IMG/VR virus record: IMGVR_UViG_3300044998_001357
Span: 64,001-128,000 of that record
DNA from: a virus
Direction: 5' to 3' (one strand)
DNA: 64,000 bases
Positions within the stretch are counted from its first letter, which is position 1. Each line of letters starts with the position of its first letter. The notes beneath the pieces were generated by a model. The model saw only the letters and a list, made by a program, of their open reading frames with translations, was not told the origin of the DNA and searched no databases. A program made the position numbers and the translations under genes. Below, piece after piece: positions 1 through 9,799 of the stretch.

Positions 1-1
1 G

Positions 2-892
2 GGATATGTCGATTTTCGCTATGTGAGGCCGACCGACAAATTGGCTCAACTTGACGACCGGAACCGCGTCTCGTTCACGAGCGACTACGAGTTGGTCCGA
101 AACCCGTTTCGCGGGAACCTGAAAGTTCTGCGACTGAAGAAGCAGGGTGATGTGGTTTGCCGGGTAACGCCGAATCACCGAATGGTGGTGACTCGGCTAA
201 AGATGGAAGCGCAGCAGCGGTACTGGCCCAACAACACCGAAATCGTCGCAGCTGCTGACCTTAAAGTCCATAGAGGTAATCGCATCCCAGCCGCCGGACA
301 TCTTGCACAAGGCTCTCGACCTTTCACCTTTGCCGACCGCTTCCGGGTTGCGTTCCAGGCTAATGGGAAAAACGACAGCAACACCATCCGCTTCCGGCTT
401 AAGAAGACCGGCAAGGTCAAGCGACTATTGTGGATTGCGTCTGGTCTTGGGGTCGAGTGCCGCATGACCAAAACCAACAGCATCACAGACCTGGTTTTCG
501 ACCACTCGCCCGACCTAAAGGTCGCCAAGTTCTCGGATTGGGTGTCGCTAGCCGACATCGACAAGCAGTGGGCAGTCGACTTCCTGGATGAGCTAGGGCG
601 ATGGGGTACTCAGACGGGCGAACGGGTCAATTACTATAGCACCGACCGAGAGAATGTCGATTTCGTCCAGGCGGTAGCCTCTATTTGTGGTCGCAAGACC
701 CGACTGTCCGTTCGTCCGGCTAACGGCGCTCGTCGTCCGCTCTATAAGCTGACCATCGTCGAACAGGACTACCGCTCGGGCGAATCGCTTACGATTGAAG
801 ATGAGCTGTACGACGGAACCGTCTACTGCGCGGTTGTTCCGCATGGGCGGCTACTAGTGAGGACCAACGGCCAGGTTACGGTCTGCGGCAAC
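2..892 (+). mobile_element. Intein (C-terminal part) with LAGLIDADG-like endonuclease domain
   Basis: Hint block F/G YDGTVYCAVVPHGRLLVRTNGQVTVCGN followed by Thr(+1) and resumption of RNR sequence TRRGNFAGY; ST.....DFVQ.VA..CG segment typical of intein endonucleases. Confidence 0.9.
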
Positions 893-2092
893 ACGCGACG
901 AGGGAACTTCGCGGGCTACTGGCCCATCGACCACCCGGATATTATGGAGGTCTTGCGTATCAAGACCGATGGTTTCCCCATTCAGCACATCTTTTCCGGA
1001 GTGTGTGTGGGCGACCAGTGGCTGACCGATATGGTCAACGGCGACAGGGTCAAACGGGAAGTCTGGGCAGAGGTGATTCGGGCTCGCCAGAACACCGGCA
1101 TTCCCTACATCCTGTTTATTGATACGGTTAATCGCGCCCGGCCGCAGTGGTACAAGGACCAGAACCTGGTGGTCAAATCCAGTAATCTTTGTGTTGAGAC
1201 GACCCCCACCTCCAACGAGGAGGAGTCCTTTGTTTGTGACCTCTCCAGTATGAATGTTCGGTACTTCCTAGAGTGGAAAGATACCGACGCCCCTTATCTC
1301 ATGACCTACTTCCTGGATGCGGTCATGAGCGAGTTCATCGAGAAGGCGTCGAGCATTCCCTATATGGAACGCGCGGTGCGTTACGCCGCGAGACATCGTT
1401 CGCTCGGCGTTGGCTGGTTTGGTTGGCATCACCTGCTCCAAAGTCAGATGATTCCGTTTGAGGGGATGGAGGCCAAGAATCTCAATTCGTTGGTGGCACG
1501 AACCATCCAGCGGGGCTGTATCCAGGCCAGCGAGGATATGGCTCGCGAGTATGGCGAACCCGAGGTGACCAAGGGTTACGGTCGACGACATGCGCTGCTC
1601 CAGGCGATTGCTCCCACCACCTCCTCGGCGTTTATTATCAATCAAACGTCGGAGAGTATCGAGCCGTTGGTGAGCAACTATGAGGTCAAAGACCTTGCCA
1701 AGGGAAAGTTCACGGTTCGCAATCCCTATCTGACAGAGGTTCTCAAAGCCTACGGCAAGGACGACCGTGGAACCTGGCAGTCGATTCTGGAGCGCGGTGG
1801 TAGTGTGCAACACCTTTCTTTCCTGACCCAGCGGGAGCGAGAGGTGTTTAAGACATTCCCGGAAATCTCCCAGCTGGAAATCGTTCAGCAGGCAGCCCAG
1901 CGTCAGCAGTACATCGACCAGGGTCAGTCGCTCAATCTGTTCTTGACCCCCAATGTCCCCACCAAGGAGGTGAACCAACTGCTCCTGGAAGGCTGGCGCA
2001 GTGGGGTGAAGAGCTTCTACTACAACAAGGGCCTCAATGCCGCACAACAACTCACAAGAAGCGTTCTTTCCTGTACTTCCTGTGAGGCTTGA
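2..2092 (+). CDS. nrdA: Ribonucleoside-diphosphate reductase class I alpha subunit, intein-containing, 5'-truncated by window edge
   Basis: RRG substrate loop, SNLCVE (NxCxE) active site, APTTSS, DQGQSLNL, YY dyad, C-terminal CTSCEA; frame open to window start. Confidence 0.95.
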   Translation, partial: GYVDFRYVRPTDKLAQLDDRNRVSFTSDYELVRNPFRGNLKVLRLKKQGDVVCRVTPNHRMVVTRLKMEAQQRYWPNNTEIVAAADLKVHRGNRIPAAGHLAQGSRPFTFADRFRVAFQANGKNDSNTIRFRLKKTGKVKRLLWIASGLGVECRMTKTNSITDLVFDHSPDLKVAKFSDWVSLADIDKQWAVDFLDELGRWGTQTGERVNYYSTDRENVDFVQAVASICGRKTRLSVRPANGARRPLYKLTIVEQDYRSGESLTIEDELYDGTVYCAVVPHGRLLVRTNGQVTVCGNTRRGNFAGYWPIDHPDIMEVLRIKTDGFPIQHIFSGVCVGDQWLTDMVNGDRVKREVWAEVIRARQNTGIPYILFIDTVNRARPQWYKDQNLVVKSSNLCVETTPTSNEEESFVCDLSSMNVRYFLEWKDTDAPYLMTYFLDAVMSEFIEKASSIPYMERAVRYAARHRSLGVGWFGWHHLLQSQMIPFEGMEAKNLNSLVARTIQRGCIQASEDMAREYGEPEVTKGYGRRHALLQAIAPTTSSAFIINQTSESIEPLVSNYEVKDLAKGKFTVRNPYLTEVLKAYGKDDRGTWQSILERGGSVQHLSFLTQREREVFKTFPEISQLEIVQQAAQRQQYIDQGQSLNLFLTPNVPTKEVNQLLLEGWRSGVKSFYYNKGLNAAQQLTRSVLSCTSCEA

Positions 2093-2120
2093 CGTTTCTT
2101 TATTTGCGGCGATAGTCAAT

Positions 2121-2150
2121 TACCCCTAAGACCTTTTGGGGTACTTTATA
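2121..2150 (+). terminator. Possible hairpin terminator after nrdA
   Basis: TACCCC...GGGGTA inverted repeat followed by a short T-rich tail. Confidence 0.3.
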
Positions 2151-2204
2151 TGGGTTTCCAGGGGCGAAGGAACGCTCCTGGGGACCATCGAGGCCCCTTT
2201 CTTT

Positions 2205-3239
2205 ATGGACCCACAAAAACTACATTCGCTTCGACATCCCAATGTGCCTTTCACCGCTTCGCAGTGGTCTGAAGGCCAGACACTACACGTTGCGGCCGTT
2301 TACTCCAATCCGGTTCGCTGGCGTACCCGACGGCAACTCTTTCTGGATTTTCGCCGGCATATGGAGTCGTGCCCCAATGTGCGGCTTTACGTGGGCGAAA
2401 TCGCCTACGGTGAGCGACCATTTGAGGTGACGCGACCAGACCATCCCTATGATTTTCAGTTTCGCTCCACCCACGAATTATGGCATAAAGAAAATCTCAT
2501 TAATCTGGTGGTCCAACGCTTTGCACCCGACTGGCAGTACGGGGCCTATGTCGACGGCGACGTGGTGATGACCCGTTATGACTGGGCCCTGGAGTCCATC
2601 CATCTGCTTCAGCACTATGACTGGCTGCAGCTTTTTAGCCATTATTGCGACCTGGGCCCCAAACATGAGCCGTTGCGAATCACACCCAGTTTTATGCAGC
2701 GGTGGACCACGGGAGACCTAACCCGTGAGGAATCGAAACGGCTTTACCGTGGCGAACCATATGTGGTGGGGGACGGACCGGCCAAACGTCCCGGAGCGGC
2801 GGCAACGGGACTGGCCTGGGCCTTTCGTCGCAACTCTTTTGAGGCCTGTGGAGGGCTTCTGGATACCTGCGTGGTCGGTTCAGGAGACTGGCACATGGCC
2901 TTTGGACTGATTGGCCTGCCCGATGAACACCCCCAGACGCCCGAGCTCCAGCATTGCGGTAGGGCGTATGCCGAGTCGATTCGCATCTGGCAAAACCGTG
3001 CCTCGCGTGCGGTGCGCGGCAACGTCGGGGTGCTCGATTGCCTAGCGGTGCATCACTATCACGGCCGCAAGGACCAGCGTGGCTACAGCTGGCGCTGGCA
3101 GATTTTACGCGATAATGATTTTGACCCCCGTCAGGACATCTTTCGGGATTACCAGGGGTTGTGGCAACTCCATGACCACAAACCCCAGTTGCGCGATGCG
3201 ATTCGCGCGTATTTTCGTGGACGCAATGAGGACGTATGA
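2205..3239 (+). CDS. Glycosyltransferase-like protein (GT-A fold)
   Basis: WHKENLIN, YVDGD (DxD), GSGD and C-terminal HHYHG motifs; ATG 2205 chosen over upstream TTG. Confidence 0.6.
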   Translation: MDPQKLHSLRHPNVPFTASQWSEGQTLHVAAVYSNPVRWRTRRQLFLDFRRHMESCPNVRLYVGEIAYGERPFEVTRPDHPYDFQFRSTHELWHKENLINLVVQRFAPDWQYGAYVDGDVVMTRYDWALESIHLLQHYDWLQLFSHYCDLGPKHEPLRITPSFMQRWTTGDLTREESKRLYRGEPYVVGDGPAKRPGAAATGLAWAFRRNSFEACGGLLDTCVVGSGDWHMAFGLIGLPDEHPQTPELQHCGRAYAESIRIWQNRASRAVRGNVGVLDCLAVHHYHGRKDQRGYSWRWQILRDNDFDPRQDIFRDYQGLWQLHDHKPQLRDAIRAYFRGRNEDV

Positions 3240-3359
3240 TGACGCCGCAATAGAAGCTGATTCAGATTATCGCTCCGCCGGGGTGGTGTTTGCTCTTTTT
3301 CTTGGGTCAAAAGAAGCGGTTGCCGAGTAATACTCTTTAGCTAAATCCGGGAGTAACCG

Positions 3360-3788
3360 ATGCCGACCTATCCCTACCACTGCGAAGCCTGTGGAAAAGA
3401 GTTTGATGAATTTCGTTTCATGAACGAACCCGCTCCCGAAGTGTGTCCTTACTGCGGGGTCCGGGGCCGGCTTCGTCAAATTTTCCATGGCGGCGAGGTG
3501 GTGGGGATGGTTCGTGGCTACGAGAACGCCAAGACGTTCGGGCAGGTGGCCGAACTCAATGCCAAGCGTATGGGCAAGGAACAGCTGGACAGGATGCGGG
3601 AAGAAGCCAATCAAAAATCTCCCTTCACCGGAAAACTTCCCGATGGCGCTCGGGTTAACGAGCGCAAGTCCGAAGAGGTTCCCATCTGGCGGGACGGTTC
3701 GCTGGGCAACAAGCCTATGAGCAAGCCGCTGGATATGAAAAAAGTGAAGAATGTAGAGAAATATATTCATACAGGAGAAATGGGATGA
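3360..3788 (+). CDS. FmdB-family zinc-ribbon protein
   Basis: MPTYPYHCEACGKEF...CPYCG signature. Confidence 0.85.
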   Translation: MPTYPYHCEACGKEFDEFRFMNEPAPEVCPYCGVRGRLRQIFHGGEVVGMVRGYENAKTFGQVAELNAKRMGKEQLDRMREEANQKSPFTGKLPDGARVNERKSEEVPIWRDGSLGNKPMSKPLDMKKVKNVEKYIHTGEMG

Positions 3789-4009
3789 ACCTTCTTGAGC
3801 AGGTGGTGCAAGGAAGTGATGAGGCTCCTCACAAGGCGATTATCTGGATTCGTGCCGAGGTGTACGACCTAACCAGGACTGGCGAGTGTTCGGGGAATCC
3901 TCGCTATGGAATCAACCCCTTTGCCATTGAGATTGAGGGGTCCAACAAACCCGAAGTGATTCGGCGACTGAACGAGAGGCTTGAGCAAATCAAGACCAGT
4001 CATGGATGA
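3785..4009 (+). CDS. Hypothetical protein
   Basis: ATGA overlap with upstream gene, AGGAG RBS. Confidence 0.7.
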   Translation: MNLLEQVVQGSDEAPHKAIIWIRAEVYDLTRTGECSGNPRYGINPFAIEIEGSNKPEVIRRLNERLEQIKTSHG

Positions 4010-4304
4010 GTACATTAAGTGTTCATCTTGTAACGCAATTCTCATGCATATTCTTCGCACGCGTCCCCAGGAACCGGAAATCTGGAGACTGCGTGCAACC
4101 TGCCCTTTTTGCGGCGATAGGTCGTTTATCGTCGATATTAAGGGAGGGTTTTGTCCGGGTGGGTATGGTCGCCCGGTAGAAGGCAGTCCAAGCGATGATT
4201 ATCCCAGTACAGCCATCGACCACTGGGAAATCGAAGATTGTGTCATCACTTTCCACATAAGAAAGGCCGAGGAAAATGCAAAGCCCTGCTACCGAACCGA
4301 CTAA
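4002..4304 (+). CDS. Hypothetical zinc-ribbon protein
   Basis: CSSC...CPFC; overlaps upstream stop. Confidence 0.7.
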   Translation: MDEYIKCSSCNAILMHILRTRPQEPEIWRLRATCPFCGDRSFIVDIKGGFCPGGYGRPVEGSPSDDYPSTAIDHWEIEDCVITFHIRKAEENAKPCYRTD

Positions 4305-4608
4305 GACCAGTTATGGAATTGACGGTACTATCGCGCAGGATAAGGAGCTTATATTCGCACAGACTGTTGTGGACCAACACTCAGGCCGGAAAAGCTACTT
4401 TGTTCGGGTGTCTCGAACCCAGCATGGCTCTCTGCTTAATCCGTATGTCGATGGGTATCTGGAGAGCTACATGCGGGCGAATCATCCTGTGTACGGAGAA
4501 ATGTATCCGTTCAGGTCTGTTGATGAGAAAGTTTTCAACTGTTATCTTGACTTTTTGAGGACGAAAAATCCTCTTCTGTTTATTCACTTACAAAGGATGA
4601 TGACATGA
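4276..4608 (+). CDS. Hypothetical protein
   Basis: GAGG RBS, operon packing. Confidence 0.7.
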   Translation: MQSPATEPTKTSYGIDGTIAQDKELIFAQTVVDQHSGRKSYFVRVSRTQHGSLLNPYVDGYLESYMRANHPVYGEMYPFRSVDEKVFNCYLDFLRTKNPLLFIHLQRMMT

Positions 4609-4919
4609 CCGAGTCGCAGAAGTACTACCTGAATCAGTTTGGCAATCAGCTTCCGCTGGAAGAAATCGTGAAGCACACCGGGCTGACGGCCACCCAGGTG
4701 AAACGATACCTTAAGAAAAACAAGCCGGCGGAAGCCGCTCAGTCTGAGGCAGTTAGTCAGGCCGGCTACCAGGTTCAATCAGGCAATCCCGATGCGCCGG
4801 AACGCTTTGGTTCGCTGGCGATGACTCAGGCCGCGTCTCATCAGGGGGATAATATCAGAAAAGGGAGTAATAATCCCAAGTATCATGATAGTGTTCATAT
4901 TATCAGGCAGAAAAAATGA
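4605..4919 (+). CDS. Hypothetical protein with HTH-like N-terminus
   Basis: LPLEEIVKHTGLTATQVKRYL resembles a helix-turn-helix; ATGA overlap. Confidence 0.6.
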   Translation: MTESQKYYLNQFGNQLPLEEIVKHTGLTATQVKRYLKKNKPAEAAQSEAVSQAGYQVQSGNPDAPERFGSLAMTQAASHQGDNIRKGSNNPKYHDSVHIIRQKK

Positions 4920-5338
4920 TTCATGGTGAAGATGACTACACCCGATGTCTGGAGTACGACCAGGGGGTGACCCTGTGGAGGGTTCAGCTGAGCGACGGTC
5001 GAATCATCGTGCAGGACGATGGACGACCCGGTGAGCAAGAGCCGTCTGCGTGGCTTCGGCTTTCTTCCTACCTGAAAGACAATCCTTTCTCGATTGAGCG
5101 ATTCTGGCTACAGTTTCGCTCCCATCATCTGCTCGACATCTTACCCTTGCGAGCTCCTGGCTATTTTTTTAGCAAGGGGCTTGCAGCCAATCTGTCTGGT
5201 TCCATGGTCTCGTTTTACCAACTGGGATTTATCCAGGAAGACCGGCTGATGGTGGGCCGCTGGGTCGTTCCCGATTTGGTGTTTCTAGGATGGGAATCGC
5301 GACCTATTCCAGAAGACTATATGATTTGGTCTAGCTAG
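4916..5338 (+). CDS. Hypothetical protein
   Basis: ATGA overlap, 140 aa ORF. Confidence 0.7.
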   Translation: MIHGEDDYTRCLEYDQGVTLWRVQLSDGRIIVQDDGRPGEQEPSAWLRLSSYLKDNPFSIERFWLQFRSHHLLDILPLRAPGYFFSKGLAANLSGSMVSFYQLGFIQEDRLMVGRWVVPDLVFLGWESRPIPEDYMIWSS

Positions 5339-5407
5339 CAACCTAGCTCTCTTGTGCTTTTAGTGGGCCGGTGTATTTTCTGGTTCTTAGAAGCCAAGGG
5401 AGACACC

Positions 5408-5863
5408 ATGAGCCAAACAGAAAAGCGACCCTATCTCTCCCGGTTTGGTGCGGGGAATATCAGCCCGGTTCAGTGGCTGGCCGAGAGCATGTGCGACCGC
5501 CTGGCTCGCCGGGACAAGGTGACGCTACCCCATCATTTTTGGAATCTGCCACGCTGGGAGAAGCAGTTTGTCTTGCAGACTGTTCACGCAGCCAAGTTAC
5601 TGAAGAGCTACCCCATCGAGTTTATTCTCGCCGCTCTGCGAACCACGCAGGGAAAAACCATCTACAGCCTTGGATTTAGAAGTAAGCTTATTCCCTTAAT
5701 CGAGGAGGAGAAGCGTAAGGATGATTTGATTAAACAAATGGCACAGATAACTAAAGAAGATTATGTTTCTCAAGAGGATGTAAAAGAACTGGCTTCCAAC
5801 GAGGTTGGACGCCCGGGGTTTATTCCCAAGAAAACTCTAATCGGAAAATTGCGAGATGAGTAA
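5408..5863 (+). CDS. Hypothetical protein upstream of RecA
   Basis: GGGAG RBS before ATG 5408; overlaps recA start. Confidence 0.75.
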   Translation: MSQTEKRPYLSRFGAGNISPVQWLAESMCDRLARRDKVTLPHHFWNLPRWEKQFVLQTVHAAKLLKSYPIEFILAALRTTQGKTIYSLGFRSKLIPLIEEEKRKDDLIKQMAQITKEDYVSQEDVKELASNEVGRPGFIPKKTLIGKLRDE

Positions 5864-6932
5864 AGACTCTTCGATGGATAGTTTTGTCGACCGGATTTAC
5901 GAAGAAGTTGGCAAGGACTTTGGCGAAGGTGTGATGATTAGTGGTCAGGATGCTTTACGTACCCAAGCCCAGGTGATTCCCTGGACGCCATCGCTTGATA
6001 TCATCACCTGCGGTGGAATTGAAGAAGGTTCGTGTGTTGGTATCACAGGAAATCCCAAGACCGGCAAGACCAGTGCCGCGCTATCTTTTTGCGCGAATGC
6101 CCAAAAACCGGAATACGGCTCCCGGCCCATCTACTACGCGAAAATCGAGGGTCGTCTTTCGCTGAAGCACCTGCAGGCCATTCAGGGGCTGAGCCTGGAG
6201 CGAGGGAAATTCAACATCATTCAGAGTGTCGAGGGGCGTATCCTCAGTGCTCAGGATTATTTAAGTATCCTGGAAAAGATTATCAAAACGGTCCCCGGGG
6301 CGGTCGTGATTCTCGACTCCATCTCGGCTCTGTGTGACGAGAAGGAGCAAAACGAGGGGGTTGGCACCGAGACGCGTGGCGGCGGTGCGAAAATCTTCTC
6401 TCAGTGGTGCCGGCTGCTCAATCAGGTGGTGCCCGTCAACCGAACCATCGTGCTCGGCATCACCCACCTGATTAGCAACACCTCGGGGATGGGCGCACAG
6501 TACGTGGAGCGCGCGGCAAGGATGTGGCTCTATCAGAAGGATTACGACCTGCGCACAACCATGAAATCCGCCTGGAAGGCGGGCAATGACCAGGTCGGCT
6601 TTATCATAAAGTGGGTGTGTAACACATCCAAGAATGGTCAGCCGGGCATGACCATTGATAGCTATCTTCGCTTCGGGATTGGTTTTGACCGTCTGTATGA
6701 AATCCAGGTTCTGGGCATGGCCGGCGGATTGATTCGCAAGACGGGTTCCTGGTTGCAGCTATCGTACCTGACTCGCGAGCCTTACCGCCACCTGCTGGAA
6801 ACTCCCGAGGCTCCCAAGTTCCAGGGCGGCGAGAAGCTCTACGAGGCGCTGCTTAAATACCCCCAGTGGGCCAATGCCCTGGAGCGCGAGGTGATGACTC
6901 TGGCCGGCGGTCTTGCCGGGGTGAGCGAATGA
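5856..6932 (+). CDS. recA: RecA/UvsX-like recombinase
   Basis: SLDI..CGG, Walker A GNPKTGKT, Walker B VILDSISAL, C-terminal KTGSW. Confidence 0.9.
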   Translation: MSKDSSMDSFVDRIYEEVGKDFGEGVMISGQDALRTQAQVIPWTPSLDIITCGGIEEGSCVGITGNPKTGKTSAALSFCANAQKPEYGSRPIYYAKIEGRLSLKHLQAIQGLSLERGKFNIIQSVEGRILSAQDYLSILEKIIKTVPGAVVILDSISALCDEKEQNEGVGTETRGGGAKIFSQWCRLLNQVVPVNRTIVLGITHLISNTSGMGAQYVERAARMWLYQKDYDLRTTMKSAWKAGNDQVGFIIKWVCNTSKNGQPGMTIDSYLRFGIGFDRLYEIQVLGMAGGLIRKTGSWLQLSYLTREPYRHLLETPEAPKFQGGEKLYEALLKYPQWANALEREVMTLAGGLAGVSE

Positions 6933-7354
6933 AAATCACCGGATTAGATGGCCAGGTTTACAACTGGAATCTGTCAGGACACCAGCCCCTGCGTAGCGAA
7001 GAGGTTGGGTCGAGTTACCACACGCGCTGCCGCGAACTTTTGGCAGAGTTGTTCCCCACCGAGAGTCGTCTGGAAGAGCTTCCTCTGCCGGGTAGCGGTG
7101 GTCTGACGGCCGACTTTTTCCTACCCTTGCGGCGCATGATTATTGAGGTTCATGGTCAGCAGCACTATGAATACGTCCAACATTTTCATCACAACCGTCT
7201 AGGTTTTTTAAGGTCCATACAGAGAGACCAGCGAAAACAGCAGTGGTGCGACCTGAACTCGATTCGCTTTGTGGAGCTACCCTGGAATGAGGGGGTCGAG
7301 CAGTGGCGGCTTCGAATTCTTTGCCGGGAGCAGACCGATGGCGGAAACGATTAA
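6929..7354 (+). CDS. DUF559/Vsr-like PD-(D/E)XK endonuclease
   Basis: ADFFLP..RMIIEVHGQQH...RDQRKQQWC. Confidence 0.75.
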   Translation: MKITGLDGQVYNWNLSGHQPLRSEEVGSSYHTRCRELLAELFPTESRLEELPLPGSGGLTADFFLPLRRMIIEVHGQQHYEYVQHFHHNRLGFLRSIQRDQRKQQWCDLNSIRFVELPWNEGVEQWRLRILCREQTDGGND

Positions 7355-7832
7355 AGAGCGACTGGGTCAACTGGACCGCATTCTTGATGACTTTGAGCGA
7401 CCCCTGGGCATTTCCGTGGTCGGCGAGGACGAAATCACCCAAGAAGCGCGTCGGCTCTTGCAGTTACCCCCCGATGCGGTCCGCAAGTTTTCGGCACGGG
7501 ATTGCTGTGTCGCCGCTTACGTTTTGTCGCAGTACACCCACCGGCTGCAGCAGGCCATCAACAGGGAACAGTGCCGGGTGACGTGGGCTGAGAACAGTAT
7601 TCGGCGGTTAATTGCTCCACGAATCAACAACTATCGTGGGTATAGCTTTGAAGAGCGTCGACTTCAGGCGATTTACGACGACGAGGCGGCCCAGGAGTAT
7701 GAGTCGACCCGGGTCAGGTCTCAGCTGCGAATCGATAGAATCAATTATCTTGCTAATAAAACAGATAATATGATTAAATCTTTGTTAAGCATGAAGAATA
7801 TTAAGGGCAATGATACCGATGAGTCCACTTGA
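7338..7832 (+). CDS. Helical protein, possibly UvsY-like recombination mediator
   Basis: Coiled, ~165 aa, next to RecA; function inferred only. Confidence 0.5.
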   Translation: MAETIKERLGQLDRILDDFERPLGISVVGEDEITQEARRLLQLPPDAVRKFSARDCCVAAYVLSQYTHRLQQAINREQCRVTWAENSIRRLIAPRINNYRGYSFEERRLQAIYDDEAAQEYESTRVRSQLRIDRINYLANKTDNMIKSLLSMKNIKGNDTDEST

Positions 7833-8304
7833 ATTAATCCGAGAAGGAATTTTGTGTCGTGACTGGGAGATGGTCCATCAGGGATACCTCCAGTTTACCG
7901 GTGAGTCCCTGGCGATGCGCGATGCCCCAGAACAATCAGAGGCGTTTTTGAGGCGACATGCCCGGCTGGTTATCGAGGAGTTCTTCAAAACTCCCCTGGT
8001 GGGCGAGTCATTGCCAAAACCGGTGAAGTCTCCCCCACCCCAGACGGAAGCGCAAGCCGCAGGCGGCGGTTGGGTCGATGACGGCACCCTGGCAACGGAG
8101 GATATTCCCCTTAGTCTTGCTTTGTCTAAGGGGAAAAAAACAATCCCTCCTCGAAACCCGGAGCCAAAAGTCGAGGTTCAGTGTTCGCGATGCGGCAAGA
8201 AGGAGTTGGTTGCCCCTATTTTCTGTCCCATCAAATATGAAGATGGTGACAAAAGTAATTACGTCTGTAATAGTTGCATTACCAGAGGAGCTTCCCGTGG
8301 ATGA
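7819..8304 (+). CDS. Hypothetical protein with C-terminal zinc ribbon
   Basis: CSRC...CNSC. Confidence 0.7.
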   Translation: MSPLELIREGILCRDWEMVHQGYLQFTGESLAMRDAPEQSEAFLRRHARLVIEEFFKTPLVGESLPKPVKSPPPQTEAQAAGGGWVDDGTLATEDIPLSLALSKGKKTIPPRNPEPKVEVQCSRCGKKELVAPIFCPIKYEDGDKSNYVCNSCITRGASRG

Positions 8305-9799
8305 AATGAGGGATTTGGCGTCGGAGCGAGCCGTTCTGGCCGGCGTTTATCAATATGGTGGTTCAGCCTGGCTGGAGGTATCCGACCTGCTTTGTGCGGA
8401 TTCCTTTGTTCTGGAATCAAACCAGCATATCTGGCGATGCTTTCACGAGGTGTTTTTGGACAATCCCTCGGCTACCATTGACCTGCCCACCATCCTGACG
8501 GTTGCCGGCCGGCTGGGCATGAGCGACCGCTTTGAAAAACAGGAAGAAAAAACCTACCTGCGCTCGATTACGAATTTCCCGGTCAAACTCGATAACCTCC
8601 GGGCTTTTGCACGAGTCATCAAGAAGCTGGAAATTGCCCGTGAGGCCCAGCAACGATTGCTGGAGGCTGCCAATGAGGTGAGAAGAATCACCGGGAAGGA
8701 GTCCATTGACCAGATTCTGGGGATTACCGAACAACCTTACCTGAGTCTGGCGGAGAAACTAACCTCGGCGAACTCCGAGGGGCCAGAACCGATGTCTGAG
8801 GGTCTTGGGGATTATGTTGAGCACCTGGCGAATAATCCTCGGGACATGGTTGGTATTCGCTCGGGCTACCGAATGTTCGATGTTGCTATCGGGGGAGGGT
8901 TCCGACCCGGCACCGTTAATGTGATTGGAGCTCGTCCCAAGGTCGGCAAAAGCCTTCTGGCGACCAATATCGCGGCGCGAGTAGCCAGCGGTGCGGGTTA
9001 CGACTGGCCCCGCTTTAACCCGAAGTGCCACATTCCTGTTTTGCAATTAGACACCGAAATGACCAAGCAGGACCAGTGGCACCGACTTCTGGCCCTGGTC
9101 AGCCAGGTGCCCACTGAGGTTATCGAAACGGGCGTGTTTGCTAAAAAAGCCGCTACCAAAAAAGCTATTGATGAAGCTGTTGAAAAGGTGAATCAAATCC
9201 CATACGATTTCCTCAGCATTGCCGGACAGGCATTTGAGGAGACGGTTTCCGTCATTCGTCGCTGGCTGACTAAACGGGTTGGTCTGAATGAAGACGGCAC
9301 AGCGAAACCGTGCCTGGTGATATTTGACTATCTCAAGCTGATGAGCAGCGAGGGGATGCAATCTCAGAATCTCACTGAGTTTCAGCTGATTGGTTTCATG
9401 ATGACACAACTGCACAACCTTGCGGTGCGTTATGGTATTCCGATTCTTACATTTGTTCAATTGAATCGAGAAGGGGTTTCCGTCGAAGACACCACGGTCA
9501 TTGCACAGTCGGACCGAACGATTTGGCTATGTTCCAACTTCTCGATTTACAAGGCAAAAAGCGACGAGGAACTGGTGGAGAACCCCCAGTTCAATCGCAA
9601 GCTGATTCCGATTATTGGTCGTCACGGAGCGGGTCTGCAAAGTGGCGATTACATCAATCTGAATTCTCGCGGTGGTACAGGGACCATTCTTGAAGGACCA
9701 ACCCGTCATCAGTTGCAAAAGGGTGAGTATCAACCCGAAAAGAATCAGGGGTTTGTTATTGATGAAGCACAATCAGACACGCCCCTCTTCGCCGACTAA
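8297..9799 (+). CDS. dnaB: Replicative DnaB-like helicase
   Basis: SERAVLAG N-domain, Walker A GARPKVGKS, DTEM, IFDYLKLM, QLNRE; GAGGAG before GTG 8297. Confidence 0.93.
   Translation: MDEMRDLASERAVLAGVYQYGGSAWLEVSDLLCADSFVLESNQHIWRCFHEVFLDNPSATIDLPTILTVAGRLGMSDRFEKQEEKTYLRSITNFPVKLDNLRAFARVIKKLEIAREAQQRLLEAANEVRRITGKESIDQILGITEQPYLSLAEKLTSANSEGPEPMSEGLGDYVEHLANNPRDMVGIRSGYRMFDVAIGGGFRPGTVNVIGARPKVGKSLLATNIAARVASGAGYDWPRFNPKCHIPVLQLDTEMTKQDQWHRLLALVSQVPTEVIETGVFAKKAATKKAIDEAVEKVNQIPYDFLSIAGQAFEETVSVIRRWLTKRVGLNEDGTAKPCLVIFDYLKLMSSEGMQSQNLTEFQLIGFMMTQLHNLAVRYGIPILTFVQLNREGVSVEDTTVIAQSDRTIWLCSNFSIYKAKSDEELVENPQFNRKLIPIIGRHGAGLQSGDYINLNSRGGTGTILEGPTRHQLQKGEYQPEKNQGFVIDEAQSDTPLFAD

Noticed and set aside
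1268-2119. Long antisense ORFs (also 21923-22669, 42304-43155, 45177-46031)
   Set aside because: Shadow frames of clearly identified genes, with no motifs or RBS
8078-8296. N-terminal extensions given by the ORF track (DnaB, and 24130, 30130, 32981 starts)
   Set aside because: They overlap upstream genes; RBS-supported downstream starts match the domain boundaries
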